Of a stretch of DNA of 56,594 bases, positions 18,232-28,134 are shown piece by piece. Position 1 is the first letter of the stretch. The number at the start of each line of letters is the position of its first letter. The notes beneath the pieces are model-generated. The model searched no databases. It was given only the letters and a program-made list of their open reading frames with translations, and was not told the origin of the DNA. The DNA is from an uncultured Bacteroidales bacterium (GTDB lineage: Bacteria; Bacteroidota; Bacteroidia; Bacteroidales; Bacteroidaceae). The stretch covers positions 1 to 56,594 of the forward strand of contig CACZRQ010000129.1 of NCBI GenBank assembly GCA_902783615.1. The letters run 5' to 3'. A program made the position numbers and the translations under genes.

Positions 18232-20253
18232 ATGAAAAAACTTATGACAATTGCAGCTTGCTGCCTGATGGCGGCATCATGCACCCAGCAACCAGAGCAG
18301 ACCTCTGGCTTGCATTTGGAGAATTTAGACACAACAGTTCAACCGGGTACAGACTTTTATCAGTTTGCCACTGGCGGTTGGCAAAAATTAAATCCTCTGC
18401 CTGCAGAGTATTCTCGCTATGGCTCTTTCGACCAGTTGGCTGAGACGAACCAGAAGCGTATCAATGAGTTGGTTGAGACCCTGGCCAGTCAGGAGAACCC
18501 TGCGGGATCAGTGGCTCAGAAGGTGGGCGACCTCTACAAGATGGTGATGGATAGTGCTAAGCGTAATGCCGATGGCTATGAGCCGGTGAAGGCAGACCTT
18601 GCAGAGGTGGCAGCTATCAAGAGTGCTCACGATGTGTATGCCCTCTTGCCTAAGATGGGTATGAATGGCTCTGGTGCTTACCTGGGCATCTATGTGGGTG
18701 CTGACGAGAAGAACAGCATGGAGAATGCCATTCAGATCAGTCAGAGCGGCTTGAGCATGGGCTTACGTGACTATTATCTGGAAGAGGATGAGGCTATTGT
18801 GAAGATTCGTGAGGCTTTCAAGGAGCACGTTGTGAAGATGTTCAAGCTCTTTGGCTATAGCGATGCCGATGCCCAGAAGGGTCGTGATGTAGTGATGGAA
18901 GTAGAAACCCGCTTGGCAAAGGCTTTCCGCAGCAATGTGGAATTGCGCGATCCAGAGGCTAACTACAACAAGATGAGCATGGAGCAGCTGAAGAATGATT
19001 ATCCTTCATTTGAGTGGGATACCTTCCTCAGTGGCTATGGCCTGAAAGATGTGAAGGAAATCATCATTGGTCAGCCTAACTCTTTGAAGGAAAGTGCCGA
19101 CGTGATTGCAACCCTGCCTATCGACAAGCAGAGGATCTACCTGCAGTGGAAGGTTATCGACGATGCAGCTACTACCTTGAGCGATGAGATTGAAGCACAG
19201 AATTTCGACTTCTTCAGTCGCACAATGCGTGGGGTACAGGAACAGCAACCTCGTTGGAAGCGTGCCGTAAACGTGGTTGGTGGCGTGCTGGGTGAAGCTG
19301 TTGGCCAGATGTATGTGGAGAAGTACTTTCCTGCTGAGGCTAAGGCTCGCATGCAGGAGCTGGTGGCTAACTTGCAGAAAGTGTTGGGTGAGCGTATTCA
19401 GAATCTCGACTGGATGAGTGAAGCTACCAAGGCAAAGGCACTGGAGAAACTCTCTACCTTTACCGTGAAGATTGGCTATCCTGACAAGTGGAAGGATTAC
19501 AGCAACCTGGATATCAAGAACGATTCTTACTATGAGAATGCGAAGCGTGCTTCTAAATGGTACATTGAGGATATGATGTCTCGCTATGGCAAACCTGTGG
19601 ATCGCGACGAGTGGTTCATGACTCCTCAGACCGTGAATGCTTACTATAACCCAACCACCAATGAGATTTGCTTCCCTGCTGGTATCCTGCAGTATCCGTT
19701 CTTCGACATGAATGCCGATGATGCCTTCAACTATGGTGCCATTGGTGTGGTGATTGGCCACGAAATGACTCACGGATTCGATGATCAGGGTCGTCAGTAC
19801 GACAAGGATGGTAACCTGAAGGATTGGTGGACAGAGGAAGATGCCCAGAAGTTTACGGATCGTGCACAAGTGATTATCGACTTCTTTAACAGCATCGAGG
19901 TAACCGATGGCCTGCATGGAAATGGTAGTCTGACTCAGGGTGAGAACATTGCAGATCACGGTGGCTTGAAGATTGCTTATCAGGCATTCAAGAAAGCTAC
20001 CCAGGATAATCCGTTGCCTGTAAAGGATGGCTTTACTCCAGAGCAGCGCTTCTACATTGCTTATGCTACCGTTTGGGGTCAGAACATCACTGAGGCTGAA
20101 ATCAGGAATCGGACTAAGAGCGATCCTCATGCACTGGGTAAGTGGCGTGTGGATGGCGCTCTGCCACAGATCGACACTTGGTACGAAGCCTTCGGCATTA
20201 CCGAGAAAGACCCGATGTACATCGCTCCAGAGAAGCGTGTGAACGTGTGGTAA
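18232..20253 (+). CDS. pepO: M13 (neprilysin/PepO) zinc endopeptidase, lipoprotein
   Basis: Lipobox AASC; VNAYY, GHEMTHGFDDQG and GENIAD motifs. Confidence 0.92.
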   Translation: MKKLMTIAACCLMAASCTQQPEQTSGLHLENLDTTVQPGTDFYQFATGGWQKLNPLPAEYSRYGSFDQLAETNQKRINELVETLASQENPAGSVAQKVGDLYKMVMDSAKRNADGYEPVKADLAEVAAIKSAHDVYALLPKMGMNGSGAYLGIYVGADEKNSMENAIQISQSGLSMGLRDYYLEEDEAIVKIREAFKEHVVKMFKLFGYSDADAQKGRDVVMEVETRLAKAFRSNVELRDPEANYNKMSMEQLKNDYPSFEWDTFLSGYGLKDVKEIIIGQPNSLKESADVIATLPIDKQRIYLQWKVIDDAATTLSDEIEAQNFDFFSRTMRGVQEQQPRWKRAVNVVGGVLGEAVGQMYVEKYFPAEAKARMQELVANLQKVLGERIQNLDWMSEATKAKALEKLSTFTVKIGYPDKWKDYSNLDIKNDSYYENAKRASKWYIEDMMSRYGKPVDRDEWFMTPQTVNAYYNPTTNEICFPAGILQYPFFDMNADDAFNYGAIGVVIGHEMTHGFDDQGRQYDKDGNLKDWWTEEDAQKFTDRAQVIIDFFNSIEVTDGLHGNGSLTQGENIADHGGLKIAYQAFKKATQDNPLPVKDGFTPEQRFYIAYATVWGQNITEAEIRNRTKSDPHALGKWRVDGALPQIDTWYEAFGITEKDPMYIAPEKRVNVW

Positions 20254-20273
20254 AAACTATAGTTTTTTAGCTG

Positions 20274-20310
20274 AATATGCCTCCTCACAAAACGGGGAGG
20301 CATATTTTTT
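20274..20310 (+). terminator. Intrinsic terminator after pepO
   Basis: AATATGCCTCC...GGAGGCATATT stem plus a T-tract. Confidence 0.85.
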
Positions 20311-20355
20311 GCACTATTTAATAAGTTTTTTACAAGCTGTCTCAAAAATTATTCG

Positions 20356-20363
20356 TAACTTTG
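20356..20363 (+). promoter_or_regulatory. -7 box (TAACTTTG) of the purH-mre operon
   Basis: TAnnTTTG 49 nt upstream of purH. Confidence 0.6.
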
Positions 20364-20412
20364 CATCCTAAAATGCATTTGAAATTAATAACTTAAAACA
20401 ATATTTGCGACT

Positions 20413-21939
20413 ATGGCAGACGCTAAGAGAATTAAGACAGCTTTGATATCTGTCTATCACAAAGAGGGTTTGGATGAGATTATCACCAAACTGCACGAAG
20501 AAGGAGTGCAATTCTTGTCAACTGGTGGTACTCGCCAGTTCATCGAGGGCTTAGGCTTTCCATGCCAGGCTGTGGAGGATCTGACGTCCTATCCCAGCAT
20601 CTTGGGAGGTAGGGTGAAGACCTTGCATCCAAAAGTGTTTGGTGGCATTTTGGGTCGTCGTGATGTGGAACAGGATCAGGAACAGATGCAGCAGTATGAG
20701 ATTCCTGAAATCGACCTGGTGATTGTGGACCTTTATCCGTTTGAGGCAACAGTAGCAGGAGGCGCTACCCCTGAACAGATTATTGAGAAGATTGACATTG
20801 GCGGTATCAGCTTAATCAGAGCTGCTGCCAAGAATTATAAAGATGTCGTGATTGTGGCAAGTCAGGCTCAGTATGCTACGCTGAAAGACATCTTGATGGA
20901 GAATGGAGCTCAAACCACTTTGGAGGAACGCCGTTTGTTGGCTCGCGATGCTTTTGGCGTGAGCAGTCATTATGACAGTGCTATTTTCAATTGGTTTGAT
21001 GACGGCGAAGGTGCTGCTTTCAGGGCTACACAAGATGTGCGCAAGGTGTTGCGCTATGGTGAAAATCCTCATCAGAAAGGTTATTTCTATGGAAACCTGG
21101 ATGAGATGTTCGACCAGATTCACGGAAAGGAGATTAGCTATAACAACCTGCAGGACATCCATGCTGCTGTTGAGCTTATCGACGAATTCGCAGGTCAGAC
21201 AGCTTTTGCCATCCTGAAGCACAATAACGCCTGTGGCTTGGCTGTTCGTGAAACAGTGGCTGAGGCTTGGAAGGATGCCCTTGCTGGCGACCCAGTTTCT
21301 GCTTTCGGTGGCGTGCTGATTACCAATGGTGTGGTTGATAAGGCTGCTGCTGAAGAGATTGACAAGATTTTCTTCGAGGTAATCATTGCTCCCGACTACG
21401 ATGTGGATGCTCTTGAGGTGTTGGGCCATAAGAAGAATCGCATCATTTTGGTGCGCAAGCCTGTTGAGATGCCTGGTGTGCAGTTCCGCTCTATGTTGAA
21501 TGGCGTACTGGTTCAGGAGCGAGACCTGAAGCGTGAAACAGCTGAGGATTGTCGTCCTGTGACTGAGAAGAAGGCTACATTGAAGGAAACAGAGGATATG
21601 CTGTTTGCCAACCGTATTGTAAAGCAGAGCAAGAGCAATGCCATTGTATTGGCTAAGAATGGACAGCTGCTTGCCAGCGGTGTGGGACAGACCAGCCGTG
21701 TGGATGCCTTGAAGCAAGCTATTGAAAAGGCGAAAGGCTTTGGCTTTGACTTGCATGGAGCAGTGATGGCCAGCGATGCTTTCTTCCCCTTCAGTGATTG
21801 TGTGACTTTAGCTGCTGATGAAGGAATCACAGCTATCATCCAGCCTGGTGGCAGCATTCGCGACCAAGAGAGTGTGGATGTATGTAATGAGCGTGGTTTG
21901 GCTATGGTAATGACTGGCTTCCGCCACTTTAAACATTGA
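20413..21939 (+). CDS. purH: Bifunctional AICAR transformylase/IMP cyclohydrolase
   Basis: GGRVKTLHP, IDIGG, LRYGENPHQ, ASDAFFPF and RHFKH motifs. Confidence 0.98.
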   Translation: MADAKRIKTALISVYHKEGLDEIITKLHEEGVQFLSTGGTRQFIEGLGFPCQAVEDLTSYPSILGGRVKTLHPKVFGGILGRRDVEQDQEQMQQYEIPEIDLVIVDLYPFEATVAGGATPEQIIEKIDIGGISLIRAAAKNYKDVVIVASQAQYATLKDILMENGAQTTLEERRLLARDAFGVSSHYDSAIFNWFDDGEGAAFRATQDVRKVLRYGENPHQKGYFYGNLDEMFDQIHGKEISYNNLQDIHAAVELIDEFAGQTAFAILKHNNACGLAVRETVAEAWKDALAGDPVSAFGGVLITNGVVDKAAAEEIDKIFFEVIIAPDYDVDALEVLGHKKNRIILVRKPVEMPGVQFRSMLNGVLVQERDLKRETAEDCRPVTEKKATLKETEDMLFANRIVKQSKSNAIVLAKNGQLLASGVGQTSRVDALKQAIEKAKGFGFDLHGAVMASDAFFPFSDCVTLAADEGITAIIQPGGSIRDQESVDVCNERGLAMVMTGFRHFKH

Positions 21940-21961
21940 CAATTGACGATTGACAATTGAC
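21934..21961. repeat. Heptamer array NATTGAC x4 overlapping the purH stop
   Basis: CATTGAC AATTGAC GATTGAC AATTGAC; the purH TGA lies in the first unit. Confidence 0.85.
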
Positions 21962-21993
21962 AGATTATTATTCATTGTTAATAATTGAATTAA

Positions 21994-23016
21994 ATGGGAT
22001 TGTTTTCTTTTACACAAGAAATAGCGGTTGACTTGGGAACCGCCAACACCATCATCTCTACAGAGGGTAAGATAGTGGTGGACGAACCATCAGTGGTAGC
22101 ACTGGATGGTAGCTCTGGCAAAATGATTGCCGTGGGAGAGCAAGCCAAGTTGTGGTATGAAAAGTCTGACTCGAGTATCAAGGTGATTCGTCCGTTAAAG
22201 GATGGTGTGATTGCCGATTTCAATGCTTGTGAGCAGATGATTCGTGGATTGATAAAAAAGTGCCCCAGGAAACATGGACTTTTCTCTCCTTCTTTAAGAA
22301 TGGTGATTGGTGTTCCCAGTGGTTCTACTGAAGTGGAGTTGCGTGCTGTACGCGACTCGGCTGAGCATGCTGGTGGTAGGGATGTATATCTGATTTTCGA
22401 GCCTATGGCTGCTGCTATCGGTATAGGTATCGATGTAACACAGCCCGAAGGTAATATGGTGGTTGATATTGGTGGCGGTACCACTGAGATTGCTGTGATT
22501 TCATTGGGCGGCATTGTAAGCAACAACTCCATCAAGATGGCTGGTGATGAGCTAACATCTGACATTCAGGAGTATATGAGCCGTCAGCATAACGTAAAGG
22601 TTTCTGAACGTATGGCCGAGCGCATCAAAATTAATGTGGGTGCTGCTTTGACTGAGTTGGGTGAAGATGCTCCCGACGATTATGTGGTGCATGGTCCAAA
22701 CCGAATCACGGCTTTGCCTATGGAGGTGCCTGTATGTTATCAGGAAGTGGCTCATTGTTTAGAGAAAAGTGTTGCCAAAATTGAGACTGCCATTTTGAGT
22801 GCTTTGGAGCATACACCCCCTGAGCTGTATGCCGACATTGTGCACAACGGAATCTATCTGGCTGGTGGTGGTGCTTTGTTGCGTGGCCTTGACAAACGAT
22901 TGACAGATAAGATCAATATTCCTTTCCATATTGCAGAAGACCCATTGCATTGCGTGGCAAAAGGTACTGCCAATGCATTGAAGAATGTGGAGAAATATAA
23001 GTTTATGATGAGATGA
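21994..23016 (+). CDS. mreB: Rod shape-determining protein MreB
   Basis: DLGTANT, EPMAAAIG, DIGGGTTE and GGGALL motifs. Confidence 0.98.
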   Translation: MGLFSFTQEIAVDLGTANTIISTEGKIVVDEPSVVALDGSSGKMIAVGEQAKLWYEKSDSSIKVIRPLKDGVIADFNACEQMIRGLIKKCPRKHGLFSPSLRMVIGVPSGSTEVELRAVRDSAEHAGGRDVYLIFEPMAAAIGIGIDVTQPEGNMVVDIGGGTTEIAVISLGGIVSNNSIKMAGDELTSDIQEYMSRQHNVKVSERMAERIKINVGAALTELGEDAPDDYVVHGPNRITALPMEVPVCYQEVAHCLEKSVAKIETAILSALEHTPPELYADIVHNGIYLAGGGALLRGLDKRLTDKINIPFHIAEDPLHCVAKGTANALKNVEKYKFMMR

Positions 23017-23849
23017 GAAGGCTCCTTGACTTCCTGATCAAGTATAACTATTGGTTCGTCTTTGTGTTTTTGGAAGCAGTGTGTGTTGTATTGCTACTTG
23101 GAGCAGGCGGATACCAACAGAGTGTGGTCTTCACTTCGGCCAACGAGGTGACAGGCCATGTACTTGAGATAGGAGGTAAAGTGAGTGGTTACTTCGGATT
23201 GCAGGAAACGAATGAGGCTCTGATACGTCGAAACACGCAGTTGGAACAAAGAGTGGCTTATCTGGAGAAGGTCATGCGTCAGCGACTGAACGATTCGGAG
23301 GCCTATGAGAGCTTGATCCGTTTGGCTGATTCCGCTTATCAGGAGTTTCCTGCAATGGTGATAGGCAACAGCCTTAACTTGCCTGACAATTACATCACCC
23401 TTGATGGAGGGCGACGCTCTGGTATTATGCCTGAAATGGGAGTGGTTGGAGCCAAAGGTGTTGTGGGTATTGTTTATAAGGTGACAGATAACTACTCGTT
23501 GGTCATCTCTTTGTTGAACAGCAAGAGCAGCTTGAGTTGCAAGATTGCCGATAGTGATTATTTTGGCTATCTGAAATGGGAGGGCAACGACCCTCGCTAT
23601 GCTTATTTGAAAGATTTGCCTCGTCATGCTGAATTCAGCTTGGGTGACTCGGTGGTGACAAGTGGTTACAGCACAGTGTTTCCAGAAGGAGTGATGGTAG
23701 GCACTGTAGATGATATGGCTGACTCCAACGATGGTTTGTCTTATCTTTTGAAGATCAAGCTTGCTACCGATTTTGGCAATATTTCTCAGGTAAGGGTTAT
23801 CTCACGACGTGGACAGGATGAACTGGATGAGTTGACAAATGACGATTGA
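23013..23849 (+). CDS. mreC: Rod shape-determining protein MreC
   Basis: N-terminal TM, coiled coil, GVVG and VVTSG...FPEG motifs; synteny. Confidence 0.93.
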   Translation: MRRLLDFLIKYNYWFVFVFLEAVCVVLLLGAGGYQQSVVFTSANEVTGHVLEIGGKVSGYFGLQETNEALIRRNTQLEQRVAYLEKVMRQRLNDSEAYESLIRLADSAYQEFPAMVIGNSLNLPDNYITLDGGRRSGIMPEMGVVGAKGVVGIVYKVTDNYSLVISLLNSKSSLSCKIADSDYFGYLKWEGNDPRYAYLKDLPRHAEFSLGDSVVTSGYSTVFPEGVMVGTVDDMADSNDGLSYLLKIKLATDFGNISQVRVISRRGQDELDELTNDD

Positions 23850-23855
23850 TGTAGC

Positions 23856-24374
23856 ATGATAAACGATATCATCAACAAGATACTGTGGTTTATTGGGTTG
23901 ATACTTTTGCAGGTGTTGTTGCTTGACAAGATTATATTGGCAGGAGTGGCTACCCCCATGGCTTATATCTACCTACTCATGCTCTGGAATCGTAACGGCA
24001 TTCGATGGATTTTGCTGCTCACAGGTTTTGTGTTGGGCATTGTGATTGATTCTTTTGAGAATATGCCTGGAGTGAATGCTTCGGCTTGTGTGATGTTGGC
24101 CATGCTTCAACCTTTCTTCCTGAATCTTTTCATTCCAAGAGAACAGCAATATGAGCCATCGTTGGTTCCGTCATTGAAAACCTTGGGATGGGTAGGTTAC
24201 CTCAAATATGCCTTGTTCTGTGTGCTCACACATCACTTGATGGTGTTGGCTTTAGAGTATTTCTCACTGGCTGATGTAACTGGATTGGTAACGAGGGTGG
24301 TTGGCTGTTCCGCTTTGACTTTGCTAATCGTTATGATGTTCGAGATGGTTAAGATCCACTGGGAGAAGTCATGA
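23856..24374 (+). CDS. mreD: Rod shape-determining protein MreD
   Basis: Polytopic membrane protein between mreC and mrdA. Confidence 0.85.
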   Translation: MINDIINKILWFIGLILLQVLLLDKIILAGVATPMAYIYLLMLWNRNGIRWILLLTGFVLGIVIDSFENMPGVNASACVMLAMLQPFFLNLFIPREQQYEPSLVPSLKTLGWVGYLKYALFCVLTHHLMVLALEYFSLADVTGLVTRVVGCSALTLLIVMMFEMVKIHWEKS

Positions 24375-26236
24375 AAAAGAATCCGTTTGAAAATAGGAAA
24401 TATGTGGTAGCGTTGATTGCATTTATGGTGGTGGCCATTTTTGTGACACGCCTCTTCTTTTTGCAGATACTCACAGACGAATATAAGCTAAACGCGGATA
24501 GTAATGCTTTCCTAAACAAGATACAATACCCATCCAGAGGTTCTATCTATGATCGTAATGGCAAATTGTTGGTGTATAACCAACCCTCGTATGATATCAC
24601 TTTTATTCCTAAAGAGGTAACACAACTCGACACCCTCGACTTTTGCCGTACATTGAACATCGACCGTGAACAATTTCTCAAGCGAATGGCGGATGTGAAG
24701 AACCGGAGGTTGAATCCAGGCTATTCAATTTATACAACTCAGGTGTTCATGCGCCAACTTTCTGCCGAGGAATGTGGCGTGTTCCAAGAGAAGCTTTTCA
24801 AGTTTCCCGGATTCTATATCCAGCGACGCACAGAGAGACAGTATTCCTACAATGCTGCTGGTCATGCTTTGGGTGATATAGGCGAGGTTTCAGCCCGTGA
24901 ATTGGAAAACGATGATTATTACACCCGAGGTGACTTTGTGGGTAAGCAAGGTATTGAACGTTCGTATGAAAAGTACCTGAGGGGAGAAAAGGGCGTGGAA
25001 GTGCTTCTGCGTGATGCACATGGCCGTATTCAAGGCCATTATATGGATGGTGCTATGGATAAACCTGCCATACCTGGTAAGAATCTCAAGTTGGGTTTGG
25101 ATATCGACCTGCAGATGCTGGGTGAACGATTGATGCAAGGTAAGATTGGTGCGATTGTGGCTATTGAGCCTTCCACGGGTGAGATTCTCTGTATGGTGTC
25201 TTCACCCACTTTCGACCCTAGTTTGCTGATAGGTAGAAAACGTAGTGGCAACCATCAGTTGTTGATGAAAGACACTCGTAAACCACTCATCAACCGTGCC
25301 ATTCAGGGAACCTATCCTCCAGGTTCTACTTTCAAAACTGCTCAAGCGTTGACTTTTCTGCAGGAAAATATCATCCAGGAAGATTCTCCAACTTTTCCTT
25401 GTGGTCATGGGTTCAACTTCAGAAATCTGCATGTGGGTTGTCATGGCCATGCTTCACCTATTTCACTGATACCTGCCATAGCCACTTCCTGCAACTCTTA
25501 TTTCTGCTGGGGCTTGTTCAGGATGTTTGGCAATGAGAAATACGGCTCGTCACAAAATGCCATTACCGTGTGGAAAGACCACATGGTGTCGCAAGGCTTT
25601 GGCTATCGACTGGGTACCGACCTTCCAGGTGAGCAACGTGGATTGATTCCCAATGCTCAGTTCTATGACAAAGCGTACAAAGGCTCTTGGAATGGGTTGA
25701 CGGTTATTAGTATTTCTATCGGACAGGGAGAAATTCTTGCTACGCCGTTGCAGATTGCTAATTTAGGAGCCACCATCGCCAATCGGGGAAAGTTCATCAC
25801 CCCGCATATTGTGAAAGAGATTGAAGATAACCAGTTGGATAGCACCTATCTGGAATTTCGGAAAACCACCATCGACCGCCAGTATTATGAAGAGGTGGTT
25901 GATGGTATGCGTCATGCTGTGATAGGAAGCAGCGCTGGTGCCACTTGTCGTGCTTTGGCTAGTCTGCTGCCTGGCGTGGAAGTGTGTGGTAAAACAGGAA
26001 CTGCTCAGAATCGAGGAAAAGACCACTCGGTTTTCATGGGCTTTGCACCGATGAACAATCCCAAAATTGCCATTGCCGTTTATGTGGAGAATGGTGGCTT
26101 TGGCGCGACTTATGGAGTGCCTATCGGAGGAATCATGATGGATCAGTATCTGAATGGTCAGCTTTCTCCATCGAATGAACGATTGGCTGAAGAGTTTGCC
26201 AACAAGGTGATTTATTACGGAGACGAGGAAAGATGA
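24371..26236 (+). CDS. mrdA: Penicillin-binding protein 2
   Basis: PGSTFK (SxxK), SCN and KTG motifs. Confidence 0.96.
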   Translation: MKKNPFENRKYVVALIAFMVVAIFVTRLFFLQILTDEYKLNADSNAFLNKIQYPSRGSIYDRNGKLLVYNQPSYDITFIPKEVTQLDTLDFCRTLNIDREQFLKRMADVKNRRLNPGYSIYTTQVFMRQLSAEECGVFQEKLFKFPGFYIQRRTERQYSYNAAGHALGDIGEVSARELENDDYYTRGDFVGKQGIERSYEKYLRGEKGVEVLLRDAHGRIQGHYMDGAMDKPAIPGKNLKLGLDIDLQMLGERLMQGKIGAIVAIEPSTGEILCMVSSPTFDPSLLIGRKRSGNHQLLMKDTRKPLINRAIQGTYPPGSTFKTAQALTFLQENIIQEDSPTFPCGHGFNFRNLHVGCHGHASPISLIPAIATSCNSYFCWGLFRMFGNEKYGSSQNAITVWKDHMVSQGFGYRLGTDLPGEQRGLIPNAQFYDKAYKGSWNGLTVISISIGQGEILATPLQIANLGATIANRGKFITPHIVKEIEDNQLDSTYLEFRKTTIDRQYYEEVVDGMRHAVIGSSAGATCRALASLLPGVEVCGKTGTAQNRGKDHSVFMGFAPMNNPKIAIAVYVENGGFGATYGVPIGGIMMDQYLNGQLSPSNERLAEEFANKVIYYGDEER

Positions 26237-27675
26237 ATAGACGTTCAATTTGGAAACAGGTGGATTGGATATCTATTGCACTGTACTTGACGATGATTGT
26301 TATCGGGTGGTTTACAGTGTGTGGCGCCAGCTATAGTTACGAGAATGCCGATTTCTTCGATTTCTCTACCCGAGCAGGCAAGCAACTGGTATGGATTTGC
26401 TGCTCTTTAGGTATTGCCTTTATCTTGATGATGCTGGATGACGATCTCTATGAAATCTTCTCCTATCTGATATATGCAGTAATGATAGTTTTGCTGATAG
26501 TCACCTTAGCCATTGCCACAGAGACAAAAGGCTCCCGTTCCTGGCTTGACATTGGACCTTTCAGGCTACAACCAGCAGAGTTTGCTAAGTTTGCCACTGC
26601 GCTAGCCTTGGCGAAATTCATGAGTGCCTACGGCTTCACCATACGCAATTGGAAGAATGCTCTCATTATTGCAGCGTTGATATTGGTGCCAATGCTAATC
26701 ATCATTTTGCAGCAAGAAACAGGTTCCGCTTTAGTTTATGCATCATTTCTGCTAGTACTCTATCGCATGGGTATGCCTGGATCTGTGTTGTTTTCAGGCT
26801 TGGCTGCCACCATTTATTTTATTGTGGGTATCCGTTTTAACGGAGACATCATTGAGGGAACAACCTCAGACCTTGGCATTTTCTCCGTGATGCTGATGAT
26901 TCAGTTCTTTGTTTGTGCCATGCTTGTCGTTTATCGTGAGAAATGGAAACTTGCCTTCAATCTGTTGGGAGGTTCTTTGGCTATCATCCTTGTGGCCTAT
27001 CTTGTTTCTAAGCATGTGATTGTATTCGACATCATTTATGTGGAGTGGGGCGTATTAACGATTACGTTGGTCTATCTTTTCTACCTGTATGTGAGAGAAA
27101 GAAAATACACCTATCTACTGATAGCTTTGTTTGCCGTATCATCGGCTTCATTTCTTTATGCCAGCAGTTATCTCTTCAATCATTTCAAACCTTACCAGCA
27201 GGCTCGCATTCAGGTTACGTTGGGTATTAAAGAAGATCTTTCGGGAGTGGGATATAATGTGAATCAGTCGAAGATTGCCATTGGCTCGGGAGGCCTTTCT
27301 GGTAAAGGATTCTTAAATGGCACCCAAACTAAGTTGAAGTATGTGCCTGAACAGGATACCGACTTTATCTTCTGTACGATTGGCGAGGAACAAGGTTTCA
27401 TTGGGGCTACAGGGGTACTCGTTCTATTCTTGGCGTTGATACTGCGATTGATTGTAGTTGCCGAAAGGCAGTCATCTACTTTTGGTTTGATATATGGTTA
27501 CTCGGTGGTGAGCATCTTGCTGATGCACCTCTTTGTGAATATAGGTATGGTGTTGGGCATCACCCCTGTGATTGGTATCCCTTTGCCATTCTTCAGCTAT
27601 GGAGGCTCCTCCCTGTGGGGGTTCACTATTTTGCTATTTATCTTTTTGCGTATTGATGCCAGCAGGAAGAGCTGA
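26233..27675 (+). CDS. rodA: SEDS glycosyltransferase RodA
   Basis: QPAEFAK, QSKIAIGSGG, PEQDTDFIF and PLPFFSYGGSS motifs. Confidence 0.96.
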   Translation: MNRRSIWKQVDWISIALYLTMIVIGWFTVCGASYSYENADFFDFSTRAGKQLVWICCSLGIAFILMMLDDDLYEIFSYLIYAVMIVLLIVTLAIATETKGSRSWLDIGPFRLQPAEFAKFATALALAKFMSAYGFTIRNWKNALIIAALILVPMLIIILQQETGSALVYASFLLVLYRMGMPGSVLFSGLAATIYFIVGIRFNGDIIEGTTSDLGIFSVMLMIQFFVCAMLVVYREKWKLAFNLLGGSLAIILVAYLVSKHVIVFDIIYVEWGVLTITLVYLFYLYVRERKYTYLLIALFAVSSASFLYASSYLFNHFKPYQQARIQVTLGIKEDLSGVGYNVNQSKIAIGSGGLSGKGFLNGTQTKLKYVPEQDTDFIFCTIGEEQGFIGATGVLVLFLALILRLIVVAERQSSTFGLIYGYSVVSILLMHLFVNIGMVLGITPVIGIPLPFFSYGGSSLWGFTILLFIFLRIDASRKS

Positions 27676-28131
27676 AATCTTTATTCCCACATCATGCACT
27701 CCTAACAGGATACTGTCGCTCATGGCATGAAATACGTTTACATGCCAAGTGCCTGCTGAGGTTGGAGGTAGAATGGTTTGGGCAATATTCAATTGATAGA
27801 TCCCTCCTTGTCCGCTGCCTACCCAGTACCCCTTTGGAGCAGTTAGTTGAATGTTGTATTGGGTGGTTCTAGTCAACTGGGAGTCTGGTGAAAAGTACTG
27901 CATGCATATAGCCAAGTCACTATATGGATATTCCGAGGTGTGGCGTAGCTGCAAGGTCAACTCATGCCTCTGCAGAGAATCTGACAAGGGTATGTCAAAT
28001 CTTGCCGTATCGCCTTGCCACCATTTCCCTTGGTTGATATGACGAAACTGATGATAACGTGTCTGGCTGTTGCATGAAGCCAACAGCCAGACTACCATCA
28101 TTCCGTATGCTATCCCTAAACGAATGTTCAT
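27634..28131 (-). CDS. gldH: GldH-family lipoprotein
   Basis: Lipobox LASC; LRHT..YPY, G.W.G.G and GVHDVGI motifs; usual position after PSP1, convergent on rodA. Confidence 0.8.
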   Translation of the reverse strand: MNIRLGIAYGMMVVWLLASCNSQTRYHQFRHINQGKWWQGDTARFDIPLSDSLQRHELTLQLRHTSEYPYSDLAICMQYFSPDSQLTRTTQYNIQLTAPKGYWVGSGQGGIYQLNIAQTILPPTSAGTWHVNVFHAMSDSILLGVHDVGIKISALPAGINTQKDK

Positions 28132-28134
28132 GGT

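Noticed and set aside
27634-28131. gldH as evidence for gliding motility
   Set aside because: Lone gldH homologues occur at this position in non-motile Bacteroidales; no other gld/spr genes are in the window
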